Part shown: positions 52,371 to 64,000 of the stretch, one piece after another | Numbering within the stretch: the first letter of the stretch is position 1 | How the letters are laid out: every line of letters starts with the position of its first letter | DNA from: Felis catus | Lineage: Eukaryota | Length of the DNA stretch: 64,000 nt | NCBI RefSeq assembly: GCF_018350175.1 | Contig: NC_058368.1 | Location: 34,908,001-34,972,000 of the forward strand | Direction: 5' to 3' | The notes under the pieces: model-generated | What the model was told of the DNA's origin: nothing | The model's input: only the letters and a program-made list of their open reading frames with translations | Databases searched by the model: none | Program-made: the position numbers and the translations under genes

Positions 52371-53201
52371 ATTTTGCCTTCACTTTTGAAGGATATTTAG
52401 TAAGATATAGAATCCTAGTATGATATATTTTTCTTTCATACTTTAAAGATGTTATTCTGTTTGTATGTGCCTTGTATAATTTTTAATAAAAAGTATGTCA
52501 TTCTTATAATTGTTCTTTTTACATAACAAGTGTGGGTTTTATCCTCCTTTCACCTTCTGGTTGTTTATAGTGTTTTTTCTTTATTATTATTTTTCAGAAG
52601 ATTTATTATAATGCATTTTAATATTATTTTCTCTGTGTTTATTTTGATGGAGTTTCTTGAAGATGTCCATTCAATACCTTCATCAAATCTGAAAATTTTT
52701 GTCCATTATTACTTTGAATATTTTTCTGCCCTTTCCTCCATATCCTCTCCCTCTGGGATTCTCACTAAACCAATGGTGCATTATTTGATATCATCCCACA
52801 GCCTACTGAAGATTCTGCTGTTTTGTTTTGTTTTGTTTTCCATTTACATTCATTTCATGCTATCTATATTTCAATTTGGACAGTATCCATTATTCTACAT
52901 TCAAATTCACTGGTTTGATCATTTTTTCTGTAGTTTCTGATCTCTTATTCACCTGTAGAGTGAAGTTTTATTTCAGGTTCTCTAGTTTTCAGCTCCAGAA
53001 TGTCCATGGGCTCTTTCTTACAATCTTCATTTCCATATTCATTATGTTCATATTTTCTCCAAATCTTTGAATATATATATTTCATTCATGATATGAATCA
53101 TCTATGATGATTTGATTCATATGTATGAATCATAGATGGTTCATATGTAATTCACTTATATTAAATAATCATATATCTATGTATGTATTTTAACTATTTT
53201 A

Positions 53202-54772
53202 TTTTATTTTTTATTTGACTATAGTTAGTATATAATGTTACATTAGTTTCAGGTATATACCACAATGATGCAACTTCTCTACATATTATGCTATGCTCAC
53301 CACAAGTGTAGCTACAATCTGTCACCATACAATGCTATTATAGGATCACTGACTATATTCCCTTATAGTACCTTTCATCCCAGTGACTTGTTAATTTCAT
53401 CTCCCACTTCTCTTCACCAGTTTTTCCCATGTCCCCATCCCTCTTCCCTCTAAAAATCATTAGGTTGTTTCTGTATTTATACTTCTGATTCTGTTTTTTT
53501 GTTTGTTTGTTTATTCATTTGGTTTTTAGTGCCCATATGAGTGAAATCACTTCTTAGTCTGATTTTACTTAGTATAATACCCCCTAAGCCCATCTATGTT
53601 GTCACAAATGGCAAGATTTAATACTTTTTTATGGCTGCATAACATTACATGGATAATATGTATTATACTAATATTACATTAAGTGTGTATATTTATACCT
53701 ATAACTTTATCCTCCTTATCCATTCATCTATTGATGAACACTTGGGTTACTTCCATAGCTTAGCTACTGTAAGTAATCCTGTAATAAACATAAGGGTGGA
53801 TATATCTTTTCAAATTAGTGCTCTTGCTTTCTGTGGGTAAATAGCCAGTAGTGGAATTATTGGATCACATGCTGTTTCTATTTTTAATGTTTTGAGGAAC
53901 CTCCAAACTGTTTTCCACAGCAACTCTACTAATTTATATTCCCACAAACAGTAAGTATATAAGGGCTTCCCCCACACACACACATCCTTGCCAACACTTG
54001 TTATTTACTATATTTTTGATGATAGCCATTCTGACAGATGTGAGGTGATATCTCAGGTGTGATTTTGATTTGTATGTCTGATGATTAGTGATATTAAGCA
54101 TCTTTTCATGTGTTTGTTGGCAACCTACATGTGTTCTTTGGAAAAATGTCTATTCAGGTCCTCTGCCCAGTTTTCAATTGGATTGTAGGTTTTTTGTTTT
54201 TGTTGTTTTGTTTTTTTTGGTGTTCAGTTGTTTAAGTTCTTTATATATTTTGGAAATTAACACCTTATCAGATACATCATTTGAAAATATCTTCTCCTAT
54301 TTAGTGAGTTTTGTTTTGTTTTGATGGTTTCTTTCCCTGTGCAAAAAGTTTTTATTTTGATATAGTCTCAGTGGTTGGTTTCTGCTTTTCTCTTGCCTTA
54401 GGAGACACATCTAGAAAAAAAAATATTACTATAGCTGATGTCAGAGAAATTACTGCCTGTGCTCTCTTCTAGGATTTTATGATTTAGGGGCTCACATTTA
54501 GGTCTCTAACCCATTTTGAATTTATTTTTGTGTATGGTGTTGGAAAGTATCCTTGTTTCATTCTTTTACATGTAGCTGTCCAGTCTTCCCAGTAGTATTT
54601 GTTGAAGAGATTGTTTTGGGTGGGTTTTTTTTTCTCCCCATTGCATATTCTTGTCTCCTTTGTCATAGATTGACCAAATAAAGTTTGAGTTTATTTCTGG
54701 ACTCTCTATTCTGTTCTATTGATCTATGTGTCTACTTTTCTACCAGTAGTACCCTATTGTTTTTATTACAAA
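53202..54772 (-). mobile_element. 5'-truncated carnivore-type L1 nested in the ancient L1
   Basis: Antisense ORF2 ([19 protein letters not shown]...[10 protein letters not shown]) and 3' UTR; TSD GTATT(T/A)TAACTATTTTA at 53185-53201 and 54773-54789. Confidence 0.93.
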
Positions 54773-56486
54773 GTATTATAACTATTTTAAAGACAGTGTC
54801 TTCTTATTCCACAATTGCTTTCACTTATGTTTTGAGTCTACTGAATAATTTTTCCTTCTGATTATAAGATAAAAGTTCCTGCCTGTTACATGTCTAGAAG
54901 TTTGTTTTGTATACTGGATATTATAAATATTGTTGAGCACCTTGATTTTTTGTAAACATTTTGAGTTCTATTTGGGCCAACACTTAATATATTTGATCAA
55001 CTCAGTTGTTTTGAAGCTTATTTTTAGATTTGTGAGGAAAAGTACAAAACATCCTTTGCACTAGGACTAGTTAGGTCCACACCTAATTTATGGCCTTTGA
55101 AATGTCTACTGGATACTACATACATTCAACGTCTTTACATATCAGTTATTCGTATCATGAATTCTCCCAATCCTGTGAGATCTAAGAGTTCTTCAGGTTA
55201 CATCTCCCTGGTTGTTAATCTGTTCCTGGTAGTTATTCTTTGCCTGATCTCATTATCATTCTGCATATATGTAGGTTCACGTTAACACCAGGATTCAGGG
55301 GAAACTAATGCAGTTTTAATTATATTGCCCCTCAAATTCCATCTATCTCACTTTCTTTAACTCTTTCTCTGTCTCTCCAGCTTAGCAAAACTGCAAGGCT
55401 CTGACTGGGTTCACTCTTTCTGTGCTACAGATGCAGTAAATCATTTCCGGTTAACAACAACAAGCAACAAAAAGCAAAAGATAGTAATGAACAAGTGGAT
55501 CGAATTGTTTACCTCCTTTTCCTTTCGCTTCTTTGGAACACAGGATTATGTTGCCTTATTTTCAATATATGAAAATGACTATTTCATATACTTTCTCCAG
55601 TTTTTCTTACTGTTCTAGCAGGAGAGCTGGTTTTAATACCAGCTACTCAGTGATGGCCAGAAGCAGATATCCTAGTCAACATATTTTAATTACCTCTCTT
55701 TTTCACTGAGCACTGGCACTTGGCCTTTAATTCTTTTATTTCTTTATTTTTAATACCTAGCTGAGTATTTTACGTATTACCTGAGGCTCTACAAATTAAA
55801 ATATTAGTATTTAGCTCTGAAAATACACTGATTTGAAGGTATAGATTTATGCATTCCCTGTATATAGGTGTGTTTGAAAATACATTCAATTTCATTACTA
55901 AGAAAGTTACTGTTTATCAACCATATATGCAAAACATTTGCCATATTACCAGAGAATGTGTTCTCTTTACTTAATTGTTGCTGATACTTTTTTGTCCTTT
56001 TCTAATATGTATTCTTTGTTCTCTGGCTACTTGTCTCTGTCTTCTGCCTGATCAGCATTTTGCTCAATTACCACTGTGGTAATAAGAGGGCTGACGCATC
56101 TAGTTTGCTTTGAGGCAGTAATAATATATTCCTTATTGAGTTCTAACTGAAATTGGGTTCCCCTGTTGGGCAGAAAATAAATGCCATGACACACCCCATG
56201 TGATTTTTAACAAATATTATCCATGATACAAGTGCCCAAATTGTATTATTAAAAATGTTAACACCTGCTCCTGCATGGGCTACATCTTTGTAGTTTTGTG
56301 TTTTGCTTCCATTCCAGGTCCTCTGTTCTTTCACAGAGACTCCATAGTCATGAACGCACAATAAGTTAAATTCCTTCCTTCCTTTACTAATTGTGAATTC
56401 TGAAGTTGATAACTTCTGGACATTCACCCGTAACTCTATTTTCCCATACTTATCACTTAGATATACATATTTAAAAAATCATTTCA

Positions 56487-56685
56487 GAGGCGCCCGGGTG
56501 ACTCAGTCAGTTAAGTGTCCGACACTTAACTTTGGTTCAGGTCATAATCTCAGAGTCATGAGATCAAGCCCCACATCAGATTTCATGCTGGGCATGAAGT
56601 CTGCTCAAGATTCTCTCTCCCTTACCTCTGCTCCTCCTTCCTCTCTCTCTCTCTGGAAAAAAATTAACTAATTAAAAAGTAAATA
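56487..56685 (+). mobile_element. CanSINE, older shorter subfamily
   Basis: GAGGCGCCCGGGTGACTCAGTCAG head, short body, A-rich tail. Confidence 0.92.
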
Positions 56686-56869
56686 ACTAAATGTCATTTC
56701 CATTTTTTCCAGTGACTTCAGGAAAAAACCTTAAACATTAAATCATATTTTCCCAGAACCATTTATTTTACTTCATTTTTTAACCCAGTCAGTATTATAT
56801 TTTCTTCTTTCACTTATATTTATTCAATACATTCTTAGCTGTAGTTAATAGATAAAGAATTAGATATAT

Positions 56870-57080
56870 TGCTTACAATATCTGGATCATATAGACCTAT
56901 TTTCACCTGGCAGCTGTGAATTTTTAAGTAAATTACATAATCTTCCTATCCCTCAGATTTCTCACCTATAAAAGAATTATTAAGTCTGCTAGTGAGAATT
57001 AAAAGGAGTATACTTGCTTTAGGTTATTTCAGTGCTTAGAGTAGTCCCCAGCATATAAATGTTTTTTCAATAAAGCATAA
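56870..57080 (+). mobile_element. MIR relic
   Basis: CCTCAGATTTCTCACCTATAAAA...GTGAGAATTAAA...GTGCTTAGAGTAGT. Confidence 0.7.
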
Positions 57081-57382
57081 TATGACACTGCTGTTATTCT
57101 TCCTCAACAATCAATGAAAAAACAAAATTTTAGAGGTGACTGGGTCTTCAAGAGAAACAAGTTACTTTTGCATGAACAAAATCCTGTTGGTCATCTTTGT
57201 AGACATTTAACAATCGATTGCCTACCAGGGGCCCTTTGAAAGTATGAATGTAATTTATAATCCATAGTTTAAAGTTTGCCAATTTTTAGGAATAGATTAT
57301 TAGAAGAAATTTTCATTTGTTCTATGTCAATAAAATTATGTTTTTGTTTCTTGTCTGTCTCTTCAATTAATATATAAGCTTC

Positions 57383-57595
57383 AGTGGCACCTGGGTGGCT
57401 TAATCAGTTAAGCATCCTACACTTCAGCTCAGGTCATGATCTCACAGTACTTAGGATCAAGGCCCATGTTGGGCTCTGCACTGACAGTGCAAAGCCTGCT
57501 TGGGATTCTCTCTTTCCCTCTCTGTCTCCCTCCCCTGCTCACTCTCTATCTCTTTCTCTCAAAATAAATAAATATTTTTAAAAATAAAAGATAAA
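57383..57595 (+). mobile_element. CanSINE inserted in an L2-like 3' end
   Basis: GGCACCTGGGTGGCTTAATCAG head and tail; L2-like sequence on both sides. Confidence 0.92.
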
Positions 57596-57691
57596 TAATA
57601 TCTATTTTTTTTTACTTTTGTATCCTCTATGCCTTGCATAGACAGTGGCACATAAGGAGCACCCAATAATTGCTATTAACAAGATATAATA

Positions 57692-57816
57692 GGGGCAGCT
57701 GGGTGGCTCCCTCAGTTAAGATTCTGACTCGATTTCAGTTCACATCATGATATCACAGTTTTCTAAGTCCAAGCCCCACATCGGGCTCCCTGCTGACAGC
57801 AGGGAACCTGCTTGGG

Positions 57817-57863
<47 letters not shown>

Positions 57864-57950
57864 CTCTGCCCCTCCCTCTCTGTATCTCTCTCTCTCAAAA
57901 AAACAATAAACTTTAAAATAAATAAATAAATTAATTAATTAATTAATAAA
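57692..57950 (+). mobile_element. CanSINE
   Basis: GGGGCAGCTGGGTGGCTC head, (CT)n, A-rich tail. Confidence 0.92.
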
Positions 57951-59874
57951 ATATACATCCAAGTGTTTTCCTGCTAATATATTTAAATATTTAACTGTAG
58001 AATTAGTAAGAGTGATTTATGAGATTTTTTCCTTATGTAATATAACACATATTTTGTAATGATTAATTGAAAGGCATTATTTAGACATTATATTATCTCT
58101 AAACTTAATCTAAATTTTTCATCATTACAAAAATTGAGAAAAGTAACCATAGTGTCATTTTATTGTTTCTATAATCATCATCATCATTATTATTCCAATT
58201 TGAAACCTGTGTCTCTGATTCATTAATTTAAAAATGATGCATGAGCAGGGGGGAAATAAATATCATGGTGGGTGTTTCCAAGTAATCTAATTCTTGTGAA
58301 TCATAGATAAAATGAAGATAAGTTATAAATCCAAAATCTTTCTATGAAGGTGTGGGTTGATTAGTCAAGTCAGTTCACGCCATCAAAGAACTATGCACAT
58401 AATGAGAACTTTAGCTACTGGTATTTGAAGATCAAATCAGTAAATGACAATATAAAAGTTAAGCCAATCTAAGACTATTACACAGTCTCAGGTTGACATA
58501 CCCTTTGAGAATTTCTGAAGAGGCATTCTGAAGAGAATTTCTGAAGAGGCATTTATGGATGTTGCATGTTCTTTTACCCCATAGTACACAATCAAGGAAT
58601 AGAGGCAAAATAAGGGGGAAATGGAATCTAATTTTGTAAAATAATTGGACAATATTTTTGTTTTGTCGCCACAGCCTTACAGACCATCTTCTGATTTTCT
58701 CCATGGGAGGAAGACTTGAGTTAATAGCTTGAAAATTGTTAAGCCCCTCAGGTGAATTTCAAGCCAGCCAATCGCCTTCATAAACACTTAGAATACATGC
58801 CAATTTCAGTTGTTGGCAGTCATTTCCATGACCTGCCCCGCTTAATATCACAGCAGGTTGGGAAAATATCCAACAAAACACCACTTTGAGATAGAATTCA
58901 ATACCTGCAACACAATCAAATTTAAAAGAAGAAGAAATTGGCTATGATTTGGAATGATTTGAGCATAGACCAAAACATTGATTAAACATCTTGAAGAACT
59001 GATGCTTATTATATAACTTGCCAATAACTTAAAAATACCTTCAAATAAAATATAAACTTTCATGTTAAATTTCATCCTAAGAAAATATAAAATTAATTTG
59101 ACACTAAAATTGGAAAGTCTTAACTAAAATGAAAACTATGATTTTAGTATAGGAATAATTATAATTACACATGTATTGAAATACTTGCTTCATCTCCATT
59201 TTCCTTAATTCGTTATTAACTACTTCTATAGCTAGTGATGCTAGTTATGACCAAAATAAAAAAAAAATATTGCAGATTTCATTCACTTTTAAAATGGAAT
59301 CAACATCGTATTTTTCTCTCTCTGGCACCAAATTCTTAAGCATATAATATACAATGAACCATTTTTTTTGGGTCAGTCCTATCAGTCTCTAACAGAGTTT
59401 GTAATTTTCTATTGACCTCCTATTTGGCCACAAATTATGCTACCGTTTTTCCAGTCTACATGACTTCCATCTCTTTTGATGGCTTTCATTTTATTTGACT
59501 GAGATGATTTTGATTGTATGCATGTTTTCCCTTAAAGTTCAGTTAACATTGTTCCTTTTCCAATAAGAAATAGTGTGTCTTCTGTAAGGAAATTAGTATC
59601 AAACTATAAAATGTAGGTGACTTTTGTCTAATTTTTTTGTGTATATGACTTTATCTTGAATAAATATTTTCTTTAACTTCATAATAGTTTTAAATAAGTT
59701 TCTTTTCCTCCTTTTTCTCAAAATTATAGGACTTAAACTTTGTTGAACAGAAAATGCATGCAATTATTGGCATATATTATTACTTTTAAGGATGACACTT
59801 TTTTTCCCTCAGTCCATTTTAATTTTTTTAGTAAAAGAATGTCATCTACATTGGCAAGTAGTTTTCCTCTATCT

Positions 59875-60105
59875 TTTTTTTTAACAATCTTTAAAAAGAA
59901 ATTTTTTTATGTTTATTATTTTTGAGACACAGACAGATCATGAGCAGAAGAGGGGCAGTGAGAGAGGGACACACAGAATCCAAAGCAGGCTCTAGGCTCC
60001 GAGCTGTCAGCACAGAGCCCGACGTGAGGCTCAAACCCACGAACCGTGAGATCATGACCTGAGCTGAAGTTGGATGCTTAACTGACTGAGCCACCCAGGC
60101 GCCCC
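59875..60105 (-). mobile_element. CanSINE
   Basis: Full body ending CCCAGGCGCCCC. Confidence 0.95.
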
Positions 60106-60169
60106 TGTTTTTTTCTATCTTTATCACAATTCTATTTATTATTCGGAGGTGTTCAATCCTAAAATATCT

Positions 60170-60405
60170 TTTTTTTTTTTAAGTTTATTCATTTAGTTTG
60201 AGAGACAGCACCTGCCTGCATGCATGCATACATGCGTGAGCAGTGGAGGGGCAGAGAGAGAGAGAAGGAAAGACACAATGCCAAGCAGGCTCTGTGCTGT
60301 CTGCGCAGAGCCCTATCTGGGGCTCAATCCCAAGGACTGTGAGATCATGATCTGAGCCAAATTCAAGAGTTGGTCACTCAACATACTGAGCCATCCAGGT
60401 GCCCC
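60170..60405 (-). mobile_element. CanSINE
   Basis: Full body; flanks AATCCTAAAATATCTTT / AATCCTAACATACCTTT. Confidence 0.93.
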
Positions 60406-60676
60406 AATCCTAACATACCTTTAGTAGTATCGTCTATGATACACTGGTTTAGAAAAGTATCTGAAGTTAGGAAATTAATTCTTAGGTTTTCAAGTAAATG
60501 TATGTACTACATATATAGTACAATTTTGTAATTTTTGCAACAATCATAACTGTTACATCAGTAGTCTCACATTTCATTTAAAAAATAAGGAATTTAATGG
60601 ACAGTTTTAAATTCTCTCTCATTAATACTCAGAAACTATTTCTAGCAGCCAAAATGCAACTCTCCTCAGTATTTTA

Positions 60677-60913
60677 TTTTTTATTTATTTATTTTTTTAA
60701 TTTTTTTTCAACGTTTTAATTTATTTTTGGGACAGAGAGAGACAGAGCATGAACAGGGGAGGGGCAGAGAGAGAGGGAGACACAGAATTGGAAACAGGCT
60801 CCAGGCTCTGAGCCATCAGCCCAGAGCCTGACGCGGGGCTCGAACTCACGGACCGCGAGATCGTGACCTGGCTGAAGTCGGACGCTTAACCGACTGCGCC
60901 ACCCAGGCGCCCC
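60677..60913 (-). mobile_element. Young felid CanSINE (SINEC_Fc-type)
   Basis: Near-identical to 413-641; TSD AGTATTTTA at 60668-60676 and 60914-60922. Confidence 0.97.
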
Positions 60914-61190
60914 AGTATTTTAAAATAATTTCTATCTCTTACCTCTTCTCTTTAATTTTAAAATTGCCAATAAATTTAGTTAGTGCATCTAACATTACAA
61001 AATAAAATGCTGCACCATAAGAAAGACATCTTAAATTGTCTCCTGAGAGATTTTCATTTTATCTGTTCCTTTCCAATTTTTTTAAATTTCACTCTTGTTA
61101 TTTTATTCACAACTGTTTATTAACCAGGAAATTGTGATCATGTAAACACATGGGTTTGTTGTATATGTTATGAAGTGAAAATTATCAAAC

Positions 61191-61427
61191 CAGTATTTCT
61201 AAAATATGTCCCATGAAATACTGGTTCCTCAAATAATAATGGATATTGTTTGCAATCACATTCGCTCAATTTTCATCAGTATAGAAATTCAGTTAATTCT
61301 AATACACATAGTCTTAAAGCTAGGGATACTTTGTGCTATATTTCCTCAACATTTTTATAACAGATTAAATTTTCTAGAAGCATCTTTCAAATAAAATACT
61401 GCATGGAATGCTCTTCAGGAAAAGCTA
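61191..61427. mobile_element. hAT-Charlie MITE, MER103-like
   Basis: CAGTATTTCTAAAATATGTCCCATG start and CATGGAATGCTCTTCAGGAAAAGCT end form degraded terminal inverted repeats. Confidence 0.5.
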
Positions 61428-62012
61428 ATCTAAGTAAGGAGGTTTTCTTTTGTATTCTCTGCTACAGAAAAAGTAAACCAATTGTGGTAGTTAGGTATCT
61501 CCACTGGTGCCTACCCCCATGGTTGAATTAAGATGCTTTGTTTAGCATCTATTCTCAAATTTTCTATTTTGTAATATGTTCAACTTGTGAGTCATCTCAA
61601 ATAATTTTGAGTGCAAATATTATGTTAATTCATTTCCCACTATAAACAAGCACATTTTATTCATCTTTATGTGGGCCACACTATACCTGGTAAATATATT
61701 TATTTTACTTATCACACCAAATAGAATTTATTAGTCTTCTCTGTTCTCTATACCAGAACTCTGAGTATTTCAATATCAGGGTAGGGATCTTACTGTTACT
61801 GTGTATGTCACAACAGACCAGTTTTTGTCACACTCAATGAACTTTGAAGGAAAGGACAAAGTTATTTAAAAAAAAAAAGTAAAATTTCTAACATGTTTGT
61901 TGGATATTATCTAATTGATGTATTTCATTGAATCTCTTTTCTTTTAAAGAATTAAATGGTATTAATTACCAAAAAACATGCAGGAATGCATTCTAATGCC
62001 AAATTCTGTGTC

Positions 62013-62120
62013 TGATGATATATATATACAATATATATATCATATATATCATATGATCATAATATGATATATATGATATGATATATATGATATATATATA
62101 TGATATATATATTATAGATA
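62013..62120. repeat. AT-rich (TA)/(ATATG) low-complexity tract
   Basis: Direct read. Confidence 0.9.
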
Positions 62121-62827
62121 TTTTCTTTTCCAGGCAAACTTTGACTCTACATCTCAAACTTTGTGTCACCAGATGTTTCTAATTGACTATTGGTTACTTT
62201 CTTCTGAATAGTTTTCTTCTTTCAACCTTACATTTGCATTGAAAGAGAATGAAAAACATGGTGATTACAGTAAAGCAAATTAAGTTCTACAATGGCCTAA
62301 TTAGAATGGCAAATTTTCCATTCTTTCCCTAGAATATTCCCATCACATCCAGTGAAAAAATGTACCAAACAATGAGGCATTGAAAACTCTTACTTAATTT
62401 TACACCTCATTTTAGGAGGAACTGTGGCTCAAAAACAAAGGGAAAGTACTAAAAATCAGAAAAATGTAAAATGAACATAAAGTGAAAATGATATGAAGTT
62501 AAATGTTTAAAACTTTAGCAATTTTCCAACTATCTGAGGAAAATATCTATCCCATAACACGTCTAAACTTTGGGCACTCCTTAAAATTCCACCCACTGCT
62601 CATTCTTCTCAGGAGAATCTCTTTCATAAATGTGGAGATTCTTAATTTTATTTGTGTTTAAATGAATAAAGTAAAAATACATAGATTATGATGGAAACAA
62701 ATACTATGAAAATATGTTTAACAAGATGTTTTAAACATAAACTGATAATAGCATGCACATGCCGGGTTAGTTAACACATTAAGTATGAAGATCTAGTGTG
62801 TGAACTAAAAGGCAACTATAATTTTCT

Positions 62828-63095
62828 TCTATTTTTTTCTAGTGCTATTGAAATATAATTGACATACAAAATTATATTCATTTAAGAAGCACAGCATATT
62901 GATTTGATATGTGTATATATTGTGAAATGATTATCACAGTAAGTTTACTATTTTTTTATAATAAGTTTACTTTTGTTCATTATTTCATTTAGTTCTTTAT
63001 TTTTCCTTGGGATGAGAAGTTTTAATATTTACTCTCTTAACAACTTTCAAATATACAATAAAGTATTGCCAACTATAATCACTATGCTATATATT
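62828..63095 (-). mobile_element. L1MA-like 3' UTR end
   Basis: ATTGAAATATAATTGACATACA...TTGTGAAATGATTATCACA...TACTCTCTTAACAACTTTCAAATATACAATA. Confidence 0.85.
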
Positions 63096-63489
63096 CTGTA
63101 ATTTTAAGGTACTGAGTAAAGTACTAAGCATTTTAGGAGATCTACAACTGATATTTATATAAATGAATACAGTATGGTTTTTTTGGTGACAATATCATAG
63201 ATAGCACTAATACCACAATACAGTGAACTTAAAATTTTCCCCCATTCAGATTTATAAGATTCCTATTATTCTATGCATGCAGCTGCTCTTCATTAGGGCA
63301 TGGAATAAAATGGAAGTCTAGTAAGCCCTGGTCATACTGAGGTCCACAAATGATCTGTGCTTTACCCAGAATTACTAAATATTTCAGGTCCTCAGTCACT
63401 CTCATTCCTTCACTTGTTTATGGAGCACTTGTTATCTCCATCTCTATCTGAAGAGTGTAGATGCTTGCTATGTTTTTTTGTTTTAAATT

Positions 63490-63650
63490 ATGCAATTTCT
63501 ATGCCTAAGAAATTGTCAATATTAAGAAAAATTTATAATAGTGCTGGCAAGGATACTAATAATAAGTAATAACAGTTCTTACATACCACCAGTAAGAATG
63601 TAAACTAGTGCAATGTTTCTGAAAACGAAACTGGCACAAAGTATCCATAG
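63490..63650 (+). mobile_element. Ancient L1 ORF2 C-terminal fragment
   Basis: GTGCTGGCAAGGAT...GAATGTAAACTAGTGCAA...CTGAAAAC. Confidence 0.55.
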
Positions 63651-64000
63651 TTCAGACTTTGGGCTTCCTGGTAGAGATAGAGGACATGGACATTAATTGA
63701 GGAAAAACAAAAAGAAATGGATTTTTTTTTTAAAGTAAAAAGCCTCAAAGACAAGGAAAGTAGAAAAGAACAACACTTTGGAAATTCAGATGAAAGATTC
63801 AGGAGACTGGAAAAAACTCATTCAAAGCTAACTGGAGAAAGCTGGGATCTGACATGATTTTTGTTGCCAAACTGCCAAAGTCCTCAGTAATGGATGAATA
63901 CAAATAGCTAGAAAAGAGGGAGTTTAAAATAAGGAGTATGGTTTTAAAATTTAAAAAGCTGTTAGATTCATTCCCTCTCAACTCTACATAGTCTAATAAT

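Larger units (their letters stand above)
50690..55672 (-). mobile_element. 5' half of an ancient L1 (L1M4/L1ME-like: 5' UTR, ORF1, start of ORF2) hosting five later insertions
   Basis: Antisense ORF2 start (ATCCGATATGACAATCT...TTTTAATTGGAG), ORF1-like T-rich tract, 5' terminus-like CCAGCTACTCAGTGATGGCCAGAAGCAGA. Confidence 0.7.

Noticed and set aside
52530..53070. Hydrophobic F/L/S-rich ORFs resembling membrane proteins
   Set aside because: They are readings of the T-rich antisense strand of an ancient L1.

Overview
AT-rich, CpG-poor mammalian nuclear DNA. It is a carnivoran, almost certainly a felid: it carries about 30 CanSINE copies, including four near-identical young SINEC_Fc-type copies, plus carnivore-type L1s. 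I can support no intact protein-coding gene, RNA gene or CRISPR array; nearly all ORF-track entries are translations of SINE, L1 or low-complexity DNA. The window is intronic or intergenic and records layered transposon insertions: one full-length but inactivated ~6 kb L1 (36.7-42.7 kb), several truncated L1s (one with a twin-priming inversion), three MaLR/MLT1 LTRs, a Charlie1-family hAT fossil, and MIR, L2 and CR1 relics, many with readable target-site duplications (TSDs). The most interesting non-repeat signals are on the minus strand: a well-formed but non-coding candidate exon (28645-28772) and, 1.1 kb downstream of it, a frameshifted stretch resembling a sushi/CCP domain (27313-27500). 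Both are unverified. I found no convincing new biological system. Repeat subfamily names are from recalled consensus sequences, not a database search, and boundaries without a TSD are approximate.
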